From: Balanoglossus misakiensis
Taxonomy: Eukaryota > Animalia > Hemichordata
Length of the DNA: 64,000 bases
Reading direction: 5' to 3'
Assembly: GCA_040954595.2 (NCBI GenBank)
Contig: CM082589.2
Location: forward strand, 7,944,232-8,008,231
The position numbers and the translations under genes are program-made. A model generated the notes under the pieces. That model was not told where the DNA came from. It searched no databases and worked only from the letters and a program-made list of their open reading frames with translations. Shown here in pieces: positions 12,801 to 24,108 of this stretch; the first letter of the stretch is position 1; every line of letters begins with the position of its first letter.

Positions 12801-15155
12801 AACAGAGTCTCTGGTTAGGCACATGCACATGAGACGACCATTGCCCTTCAAGAGCACTCGCTGACTAAGTCTCAGTAAGACTGTTCCATTGATACATAGG
12901 TCTTTACAGTAAAATTTTGATTTAAACCGAGAAATTTGCAATAAAAATACATTGCAATGAACCCCCCAAAAGTTTACACAACATGTATAACTGGAGTGGA
13001 ACCTTTGAAACAACTTTCCAAACCAATAACAGTAGTGCTGATCACATTTTGAACAATTTTGCCACATGCATGGTCTTCAGTGGAAAGGCAAAAAACATTA
13101 GCATTTGTTCATGACATTCTTACCTGTACATCAGGATCTTTCAATGTTGGTTTCTTCCTTTGTTTCTTTTTACCAAATGTACTTTCAAAACTCTCTGTAT
13201 CAAGAAGATGTACCCTTGCATGCTAGAAAATATAAGGTAAGTTCAGCTTGTAATTACATGTACATGACATTGTAGTTCTTTAACCCTAATGCTAAATCGG
13301 TTGAAACTTGTTTGATATCCAGGGTGCCTAGAATCCTGGCTCCCAGGCCTGTTAGACTGCCAAGTGCGTGTTACTCAGTAGGGCCTATACAAGACCCTCA
13401 AACCAAACCAGTTCAAACCAGTACGATTTGGTACATTTTACAGGGGGCTCAGACTGCCAAGTGTGTCTAAGTACGTATGAGAGCCATGTCAAGATATTCA
13501 AAAAAGGTTTAAGAAGAAAAAAGGCACACTCATATTTTAAGGGACTTGACACTCTAAACAGGTATGACACCCAGTAGCATTTGGGTTGAGCTATCTTAGT
13601 ATTCAATTGAACCTACCTTTGCTTTCTCTTGAAGTAAAGAAATTGGTAATTTGGTCTGTCTCATGACAACCTGGTAGGGATCTTTCATCACTTTGCCCAG
13701 TTCTTCTTGAAAGGTTTGTAGTGAAGATTGACTCACTACTCGGGTGTTCCCTGTTATCATACAAAGTGAGTTAGACACTGTGGTGCACATAAGCATACAC
13801 ACAAAAAATCGCGTCGAGGACACGGTGGTCCCATTTAAGGATTACACAAGAAAAAGTCTACACCAGGAACATTGATTACAGAAGTACAGAAAGTAGAAAG
13901 AGAAAAAAGAAAAGATAAGAAGGTGACTGCATCTTTTTTAATGGGTGCATTTCCCACACATCAAAATTGGTGAGCAATTAGGAGGATTGCATATGGCTTG
14001 AGTGACTGACCCATTGTGTTACTGTCTAAAAAATGCCTCATCCTTTACTACTGGTGAGAAATCATCCTAAATTCGGTTGACTGCAAAATCCCTCCCAAAG
14101 CCTGATCATCTTGAAAGGTCAAAACCACAGATAAGGGTGTTCACTTTGCACATACTCACCAAACCATTTTCTATTAGGTTCCACTCTTGCAACAGTACCA
14201 CTGGCAAGTGTTCCTTGAAATACAGCTGCCTTTACTATCTTACCGTCTCTATTTCTGTTGATAAAAGCAAATCACAAATTAAAATTGCTGCAAAAATTAT
14301 TGCAACTTGCAGTCATTCTCAAATCCATAATAATTACATACGGCCTTATAATACACATTCATGCAAGCAGTAAATGTATCCTTGTATTTAAATTTGGGGT
14401 TCTTGGATTAATTTTTAGAGATGTTTTTTGTTAAGGGGGTTGGGTTAAGCTCTATTTTGATAGACACAAGACACTGACATTAATTTTTTGGATTTCAGTT
14501 GGATACAAAACCCCCTACTTTAAGTATGTGCAAGGGGAATTGATATACATGTACATACCTTACTGGTTTGCCAGATTTATACATCTTCAGTCGATTTATG
14601 GTGTTTTTATCTCTCATGTTTCCTCCCCCTTTTTTAACTGGTTTAGGTCTGTCTGATAATACAAGAACAACACAAATTACACATTGTGAGCTCCACCCTT
14701 TGTAACTTTTGGCTGTTTTTAAAAGTATTTTCTTGTGTGTTACTGTATCAGCCATGGTTTCTTGTGAACTACCCTGCAAGTGCATCTTGCCTTCTTGGAC
14801 TCTACCATTCTCTGGCAAAGGCGTGACTGGCCGGACTGTGCCTACACGAAAGCAACTTCGCTAAGTTATAACCTTATATCACAGTCACTCCACACACTGT
14901 GATTATATACACGAAAAACTGCCAAAACGACGCAAGCAGCTGTCGGCAGTCTAGCGTTCAATAACAAATTTCGCAACACACCCCACATGTACTCCATGAT
15001 GTACTGTATGTCTGTGACGAAGGCATGGCGATATAACGATTTTCAAGCATCGTTCCCTCCAGTTATCTGTGCAAGAAGAACTCATGACTCTTACCTGGAT
15101 TCAAGCTATGATTCCCTTTATTTACAAGATTCATCTTCTTCCGAAACTTTGCCAT
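6897..15155 (-). CDS. GNL2: Nucleolar GTP-binding protein 2 (GNL2/Nog2), about 14 exons
   Basis: ATG at 15155 ([20 protein letters not shown]). Exon peptides include [94 protein letters not shown] (P-loop), FLIDCPG and [16 protein letters not shown]-terminus [14 protein letters not shown], stop at 6897-6899. Confidence 0.97.
7746..7922. mobile_element. Partial TTAA-type (Kolobok-like) MITE, one end only
   Basis: Ends ...GAGAGAGACTTTGTCCCT|TTAA; homologous to the complete copies at 29053-29408 and 30740-31087. Confidence 0.7.
11197..11840. mobile_element. Hairpin-plus-inverted-repeat element (Crypton-like non-autonomous element, tentative) in a GNL2 intron
   Basis: About 144-bp near-perfect hairpin at 11197-11340, abutting the inverted pair TTATTATACACCT...AGGTGTATAATAA. 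Same architecture as 38416-38720. Confidence 0.5.
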
Positions 15156-15728
15156 TTTGGCTTTTAAAAGTTGACTAGCTGTGGTTTGCGACGAAAGCAC
15201 GTTGTATCCTCCCCTTATTACTGAGATTAACTTTGTATTTCTAGTCTGTCTGTTCGACAAAACCTTACTTGTGATACTTTTTAAAATTTGTCTAGATATT
15301 GACAGATATGCAATATCTATCATAACATATTATATAAAATATAACAAAAGTGTTTAAATAATATTATAAAATACAGTATTTATTTGCGATGATTTGAAAA
15401 GGCGACGAAGCGATATGTAAACCTGGGTCTAGAAATGGACGTCTCTGTTTGGTGACATTGGTGGAAACAAATTGCAAACAATTATTAGTCTTGGAGGTCA
15501 ACAAACTCTGTAACTCTATCAGTATCAGTACACACAGGACTGTGTGAATGAAGTTAGCACGCTGCTTCATGTGCTTAGCTCCACCATCCTTGCAGCAAAG
15601 ACAGAAGTGCGCCTGAGTCGTGGAACAACCTGGTCGTAGGTAACTTCCGTCTTACCGAGCGAGTTTACTGAGTAATTCCTCTGGCATCGACCATGGAGGT
15701 ACTAGCTCAGTAGCTGCAATGATTCATG

Positions 15729-15808
15729 CACACGCGCTTGAATCAATGTTGCGAATTGGTACTATCAGGCTAAAGTACCAATTCGCAACATTGATTCAAG
15801 CGCGTGTG
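15729..15808. repeat. Perfect hairpin with 35-bp arms and a 10-nt loop, upstream of the PEX3 start codon
   Basis: CACACGCGCTTGAATCAATGTTGCGAATTGGTACT at 15729-15763 and its exact reverse complement at 15774-15808. Confidence 0.9.
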
Positions 15809-16106
15809 GTAGCATGCACATTGCAGTACCCGCTACAATCAATCATTGCAGCTGGTGCTGCCAGTGCGACAGGTTGATGGTGTGTTCGCAGGCCTACCAT
15901 CAACCCGGCTGGTTGGGTGGCTTGTTTCATGTGGCACACCACGCAAATCACACGACCCATACAGCCCACCAAGGCTACAATTATTACAGAAAGATGTACT
16001 AATAAATTTTAATGTTAATTAAAATATTTTTGGATCATTATTTTAGATATAATCAAGATAAAAAGGCAGTTGATCATGGACTGAGAGTTTGGCCTGCTCG
16101 TACAAA

Positions 16107-19100
16107 ATGTTTGAGTGGATGAAGAGATTTTGGCATCGGCATAAAACAAAGTTGTTTGTAACTGGAGCAGTTGTTGGAGGTAAGTGTGTGGTTGCTTTTG
16201 GCTGCAAATACCTACCGAGGCTACCCGGGTACCCACAGTAATGTCTAGAGTTTGTCTTAGAAGTGGACCATTTGATATTCGGGGGAGGGGGGGGGGGAGA
16301 GATTTTGGACGGAAAAAAAGATTCCAATTAAATGTCAATGAGAAATAATAAGATAGAGAAGGTTTGAAAAATACAAAAAGATTTTGGTGAAAGAAAGAAG
16401 TCCATCACTCAGAAGTTATTTTCTGGAACAGTGCCCTCCAACCGCAGGCTGTGTCAGATCATAGACAGTAGGCTATGGTCAAATATACTATGGTTCTTTG
16501 GCTAAATTGGGAGGGGCAGTTATATTTAAGTAGAATGTGTCCTACGGTCCTTCCTATAGCTGTATCCCATGGGTATCCTGGTCAGTAAATGTTGTAATTT
16601 TTAGCTTTATATGGCACTTTTTGTTCAGTTGTGATGTTTCTCAATAAGAAGAATCTTTATAATTTTATACTAGAAGGAAAAACTGTCTGTGAATACAGCA
16701 TATGCGGTTCTCATCCAGGTTTAGCGATTCAGACCAAGTCAGAATACTAAAGGTGAGACAGATAATGATTAATTAGAGTCCTTGCTTTGTCTTGTTTCAA
16801 AATACCAGGTGCCGTGTTACTAGGGAAATATGCATCTTGGAAGCTGAATGAGTTCCGAGATAAGGAAGCTGCTGAATTCCTGGCTTTAACAAGAAGACAG
16901 CACCACTTTGACAGTAATCAGAGAACATGTAATATGACAGGTACAGTGAGTCATTTCAACATTGCAACAGACTGTCACGTTTAATGTGACATACAGGAGT
17001 ACTACTCTTTTGAACATGCACGGCGATCACTACACAGTCCCAACACGGAATTGTTATCCTACATTAGAGCCTGCCAAGACCATGGGAATATGCCACTTGG
17101 CTCATCGGGCAAGGAAGTTTGCGTCTTATGATTTGGGTCTGTTCTGCCTGTGTGTCCGCCCAACCTTGAGCCATTACCCATACTTGCCTCAAACCAATTT
17201 CATTCAAACATGATATACATGCATTATGTTGTACATATTATTATATATCTAGACCCAATGGCTGGCTCGTGTTACTTGTTAGATCCTATTTGGGACCTTA
17301 TGGTTTCCTTATTGGAGGGATGGTACACTAGCAAATGCCTTGCGGGTTGTCACTTTTTCAACCCATTTTGACCCCATCTTCATCTCTCGGATTTACAGTG
17401 ATGTCGATGATTCCAAGTCTGAGGACAAAATTGATGCAATTGCTTGATTCTGAGGCACTCACCTTGGAACTCAAGACAAAGTAAGTTATTGACAGTTATA
17501 TCTCAATATCTCTGGTTCACAAATTTTTCGTTATTTGTCAGTGATATACAAGATCTGGTAAAGTACTGCATCATCTACCTGGTGGTTGAGATTTTGTTCA
17601 CAAACCACACATTTATTTACCTGTACTGATAGCATGACCTGTGTGGACTAATTAAAACTATGGGCATGCCTTGAACATCAATCAATAGAATAACTGCATC
17701 ATCATTGATAACATTTCTTTCAGACCTGCAAATAAACTGAGAATCTGGGACCAACTGAAAGTTATCAGTAAGTGCAATGTTCTTTTAATGTTTAAGCTAA
17801 GAGTGTTTGACGTCATTTTTCTTCCAGCAATATGCTGACCACGATTGATTACAACACTTGATGATTGCCAACAGTGTGTAGAGTCAGAGTGGTTTAACTT
17901 TTTGCAAATTGCACTTGATTGAATTGATTTTTATCGTCTGATGTTCTTTCTCAGGTTTCACTAGGACCATTGTATCCGTATACAGTACTTGTATGTTGGT
18001 TGTGATGTTGAGAATTCAATTGAATGTGATTGGCGGTTACATGTACCTGGATAGTTTGCAGACTCACAGTGGCGCAGTAAGTATAAACTCTGCAATAGTT
18101 CAAAAGAGATACAGCACTAGTCATGTAACACTTATCAGAAGAATCTATCTCATTGATGGACTATACAGGTGAATGTGAAAATGTTCAGCGGACAACACCT
18201 TTAAAAAACGCGAGGCATGCTGATTGTATCCTGGTTTTATCAATAATCACTACTCTTTTGGTTTCAATTATCAATATAATTGGTGATTTAGTTTGTGGCC
18301 TGATAGTCACTGATTTTATGGACTTACATTGGAATATGTGTACATCCGATCAGAGTGAGAACCATTCCCTATCACATGTACACATCTTGAAGACAGTGGG
18401 ACTACATGGTTGTATCATGTTAGAATATGTTGACTGTCGAACTATCGTCTCATGTTATCTCAATGAGTGATATACCACATTCATGGCTCATACCACATAG
18501 ATCACTTCACAGATAGGATAACTGCAATGCATGATGGTATATTTTGCATTCAACATGGCGGCCAGTACGTGGCTACGTTTCCGATCAGAACGCAAACTGT
18601 CCCACTATCCCCTGCGTTATTCTATCAGTGATTTATGAGTTTAAAAGTCTCTTTTTATTCCAGCAAACTGAGCAGAGGGCACCACAAGATGTTCAGCAAC
18701 GTTACCTGGCAACGATTCAGTATTTACTGGAAGAAGGCAAGTCATCCTCAGTCTTATCAAGTGTCAATCAGAGGTCACATGATCATATTTGGTGTCATTC
18801 AACAGTATTTTGGCGTTGGTGAATTTCTGTTGTGATCAAGCTATTTTAATTGGCCGGAAATGTGAAATGATGCCCATAAATATTTTCCAACTGCAGCTAT
18901 CTAAAAAAAAAAAAACACCATGTCATTCCAGACTAAGATATCCAGGACTGAGAGTAACATATTTAAATCATCATATTGAGCAGTGACATGTCATTTTGTT
19001 CTTATTAAATCATGCAGGACTTGAAGATTTGATTAGAAGTGTCAGTACTGCAGTGGAATCTGTGATTACATGGTACTTTGTTTGTAAAAGTTAGAATACA

Positions 19101-21366
19101 TATGTGTGCTATAGTCTATAATTTTTGTGTGGAAAACTTCTGAAAGAAACAATATGGTAGAGCCAGCATGTGTTTGTATTTTCAAGGTTTTTAAGTCCTC
19201 AAAATATGTCACCAAATGATATTGAATCATCTATATCATTTTAGGCTTTAAAACAGCATATTAGAGAACATGAAAAGCCTACCCCAACTATAAAATAATA
19301 TGCAGCAATTTATGTCATTTTTGGTCAAATCAGCAATTTTTGTATAAAAGTAATCATTTTACTTTTGATATTGCATGTTATTCATGGATTCAATGTTGAT
19401 GGTGTACGTGTTATAACTTATTATAATTCCTTCTTGCAGTGTTTCGTTAAAGCAAAGTGTCTCTTTACAAGAAGTTGAAGCATTAATCGGAAGAATCCGT
19501 ACATTTATTGAAAATGAGAGTTCAGGGGATTCTGGTAAGTTGCATGTTGGGCTGGTTGTATTTTGATTCATTAGGCTCATCCCAGTTAGTGTTTCTTTCT
19601 CAAAGCCTTGTAGTTGTACATGTTTTACTCTTACAAATCTTTAACCTTTTCACCACCATGGTTCAGTCTTAACCCATTGTTTACTATGGTGAGGTTGGAC
19701 CTCTAAAGAGGGAACTGGGGGTGAAAGGGTTAAAAGACATTCTTCATCATTATCTTGACATAATATGTCTTCTGCATGGGTGTTTATGACAGATGTTCCG
19801 CACAGCCTTTGTAAATACATGATGCGTGCAGACGATGGAGACGAAGATAATATGATGTTGAAACAGTTGTCAATGGAAACAAGAGACATGCTAGAAAGGT
19901 ATGATGTATTGGAAATTACATTGCACTCCATACTTTGTCTGACAATAAAATATACTGTAAAATGGGAAATTTTCGTGACAGGTAATTTTTCTTGATATCA
20001 AAAGAGGCAACTTTCACATGACGATTAATTTTCATGTTCTCATATTTCACTGAATCGTTATCTCTTAAAAACATTTTACATGACTTTTATTTTTCACGTT
20101 TTTGGGCTCTCGCGATGGCTTTGTCGGCCAGACCTCAGCTGTTGTTAATACTGAGCCTCAGCGCCTAATACACAAACTTTGTGTGTGTGGACACACTGCG
20201 TCTCAAAGGATTAATGCTCTGTGTTTACCATAGGCAAATAGTGTCTCTGAAACATTTTGAAATTTACCCCTTTGTGAACCTGGTATCAGTGTCTGAGTCC
20301 TAAGCATATGTCAGTGTTTGACCAATGCTGCATGGTCATAAAGCACAGCAGAACTGATATCAATCACTGTTTGTGAACTATTGCAGTCAAGATTGTCAGA
20401 AGATTTTGAAGACCTGTTTGAATAGTGGATTTAACCGACTGAATGACAGGATGGCAGAGTTCTTCAAAACTACAAGCGGTTTCTATGGAACAAAGTTAGT
20501 CTTTTATATAATTGTAGAACGCTTCTAACATAAGCAAATGTTGTCTCCACGCAAAAATGTCATTAGTAAGATTTTGTTTGATGAAATCTTTTTAATCAAA
20601 CAATCACTGATAATAACTCATTACATCAGCAGAAATTTGACTGATTTGTCGCACAAGACTATTATTTTTTATTTATTGTATTTGTTAAGTGTCCAGAACC
20701 TAGTTAAAGAAGACGACTTTTAGTATAGTTTGACCCCAGGCATGGATTATACATCTATTTTAGCATCAACAATTATAACTGACACAATAAAATGACAGTA
20801 CCGTATATTGAAGTATGTTAACTCCCAGTTAGAACTGCGATGTTCACATGATGAATTTTCTTAATAGGTTGTTATTATGTTTTTCTTTTTCAGTCAACTT
20901 CATCCCCATCTGCCATTAGCGAAAGTCATTCCAATTATGAATGGTCAAGTCCATACCATATGCAGTGAGACTCCTAATCATTTTATACAAGTAAGTAGCT
21001 TTTTAAGGTTAGAACCAACCACAGGTCAATGGCTGTTACACACATACATGTACAGGCTATATTGACTAGTGGAGTACTGGGTATATTAGCATACTGTTTG
21101 CAGTAGACAAGAAATTGCAGTTTGTACACAGAACAAAAATACTGGAAATAAAGCCAAAAGTTACAGCTGAATGTCACTTCTAACTGAATTTGATTATAAT
21201 AATTTGTTTGTGTCAGAGAATGGAGTTCTAACTTCTATGACTCTCTAACCAGAATTTCCACTTCTTTCTATTGCAGGAGTTGTTACTGATGCCAGTTGTC
21301 AAAGACTTTGCAGCAAATGTTTATGAAGCTTTTAGTCAGGATAATGGCAGCACAGCTCTGCCTTAA
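16107..21366 (+). CDS. PEX3: Peroxisomal biogenesis factor 3 (PEX3), about 12 exons
   Basis: [110 protein letters not shown] and [13 protein letters not shown]; stop TAA at 21364-21366. Confidence 0.97.
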
Positions 21367-22805
21367 ATTCTCTCAATTATTCTCTTCATTGTCATCAATA
21401 GTCACAATGGCATTCATCAAACCAGTGTATTGTGATAGGTTGTCAACAAGACAAGTGTAATTTCCAAAATCAGTCAAAATGAATGGTATGATGTCAAGGT
21501 GGTGACCGAATAAAAGAATCCAGTCCAAATCCATTGTTTTCAAGGGACATGGGATAAAAGGGCTAAACGGCTGTCATTTCTGTGGAGAATTATTTCCTAA
21601 ACCATAGTCATTACTGTAGTACCATCGTACCTACAACACCAAGGGAATTTTCTTGCACACGTCTATTATGTGGCCGTGAGGTTGACTGACCTGTGACACA
21701 GTGACTCTCTGTTTTGACAAAGCAGGTTTTGTGTGCTGTTATAAAATGGGTCTTGTCAAGTCCATACAAATTTGGTTAAAGAAAGACATACACACAAACA
21801 GTGTACCTGATATGCTTTAATGTTTTATCTAAGAAACAAAAAATGGAAAGATAATAAGACAACACAAGAACAAATACCATGTGAAACTGTTATAGCTACT
21901 TGGATTTTAACATAAACTACCACCCTAGGAATTCTGTTCCATTGAAGAAAATGAGACTTGCATGTAGGGATTTCCAGGGTGGTCCTTGTTGAAATGTAAT
22001 TATTAAAATTTCGTTTTACAATCTTAAATAAAATAGAAAAACTTTGTCATATTCTGTAGATTTTGTGTGTTTGTCTTCTCGTTACATCTCCAGAAACACC
22101 GAAGTAAAAAAGCAGCAGTAGCTGTATTTTTTGCTACAAATACCCATTTGATTAAAAGCATATAAACTATCTGTGATGATATATATGTTGGGCAAATTCA
22201 AATATTTCTTTCCATAAAGGACATGAGGTACTTTCAGTTTGCAAATATTCTGAAGAAACACTATACTGATTGTATTATTTCATTCTACCGAAACCCACAA
22301 GTCTTGTACAACACAGTGCGTTGTATCAGTGAAAAAATGTTGTATCTGCAATGTTCAACATTTTTACATGAGTCGCAAAGATTTTCAAGTAAAGACAGTT
22401 CATCAAAACATGTTTGCAAGCAGTAAACATATTACAACCCAATAAATTGATTTCTTGAAGTAAAAGTTAGCATTTCTCAATGGAAGAACATGCCCATTTA
22501 ATTATAAATATTTATACCAGGAAGATGTTGGTCGATACAAAGATACAATTACAGTACATACAAATGTACATACATTTGAGAAAAGCAAAAATATCCTCCA
22601 AAATACATGTATATACATCCTCTATCAAATAGTTTACATGCTGTGACAGTCCTAATATCTCTATAGCAACCACAGTCTGGGGGCTTTTACCAGATCAGCT
22701 GTTCTTTGAAAGTTTTTAAACAAGCAGTATACACAGAATTTATCATGTCCGCTCCAGTTTGATGTAAACAGTCTCAGTATTAGACTCCATTGTGGCTTCA
22801 GGCAA

Positions 22806-23726
22806 TCATCCATGGCAGCTTTTTAAGACATCCTAATAAACAAAACAAAAACTTATTCAGACTTAAAGGCGACAAAGTACAGGACAGACCAAAACTACTT
22901 TCCCAAAATTTTGCCACAGAAGTAGACAGTTGCTTACTGTCAAAGCCTCAAAGCAGATTTAAAATTTTATAACCCAGATGTTGAAATCAAAGGCCAACAA
23001 CTGTGTGCATTACTTTTGTTTTGAGATTTCCTATCATTATTTACACAAGGCTATACGTATGAGGTGCTAGCTCTGTACCAAAAGCCTACGGTTCTGTGCA
23101 TCAGCTTAGACCAAGGTTAACCCAGTTGGAATCTTAGTCTGTCCAATAATATATCATGCAAAATTGCTAACACTTATTGAGCCTGTAGTCATATGAGGAA
23201 ACCATCAAACTTGTCAAGTGATGAATAAAACTACAAAATGCCATGTAAAAGCAGTATGCTTCAGGATCAACCCTTTGTTGCTAAGCACTTGTGTGCTAGA
23301 TTTGCTGGGGGAGGTAAATTTGCTGAAGTAACAGCATGGTTGACTCAATCATTTGAGTACAAGGTTCTTTTGGACAAATGCACACACCACAACAAACATA
23401 CCTTCATGACAGCATCAATGTGTTTCTGTTGAATCACCTTTTCCTTACTTTCTTTGGCTTCCTCATTGGCTTTCTCTGCCAGTCTTTGGAGAAACTTTAT
23501 GTAATTGAGAAAAATCTGAAAAAACAACAACATAGAGACCAATGACATCTGCGTGTCACACACGGCTAGAAAAACAGATGCATGAACAGTCACGGTTCAT
23601 TCGACACGTACGTACCAGTAGTTCGACATCCTTTCCGATTAAATTCCTCTGATCAGACTCGGCAATTGATTTTTTGAAAGCTCTCCTTAAAACTGCTTCG
23701 GGAAACTTTCTTTTGAGAGCCTTCAT
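22806..23726 (-). CDS. CENPW: Centromere protein W (histone fold), 3 exons, about 83 aa
   Basis: Exons 23616-23726, 23402-23515 and 22806-22832 give MKALKRKFPEAVLRRAFKK..DVELL/IFLNYIKFLQRLAEKANEEAKESKEKVIQQKHIDAVMK/DVLKSCHG*, matching the CENP-W pattern (KRKAP..LKR..LL..LN...F..RLAE...I...H.......LK..RG). Confidence 0.85.
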
Positions 23727-23753
23727 GTTTCTTTGAAATTCGAGCGCATAACA

Positions 23754-23806
23754 GCGGAAGTTACAAAGCACTCTGGGACGTGGAAGACCGGTGAGGTCGA
23801 AGGTCA
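23754..23806. promoter_or_regulatory. Putative bidirectional promoter with an ETS site and a DR1 element
   Basis: GCGGAAGT at 23754-23761 and AGGTCG-A-AGGTCA at 23794-23806, between divergent ATGs at 23726 and 24109. Motif match only. Confidence 0.45.
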
Positions 23807-24108
23807 CGCCAATATAAGCAAAGCAGATGCAGAATGTGGCGGGTTTTCCTAAAAGTTTGCTGTCTAGTCTTGCCAAGCCCAGGCCTGAGGCACGCCACCA
23901 CTCCACAAACGTTTGTAGAGTGACTGTGGTCTCTCTGAAACGTTACATATGCACATAGGACGATTATCGCGGTGTATTTGAATTTGTAAACCGTACTAAC
24001 CGGTTTGATTCAGGTCATAGTACCATAATCACAGCAGGGACTCACAGTCCACTACTTACAGTTTTCAGCTCGAAGTTGACAGTGCAACACGCACCATCAC
24101 CGAAGAGA

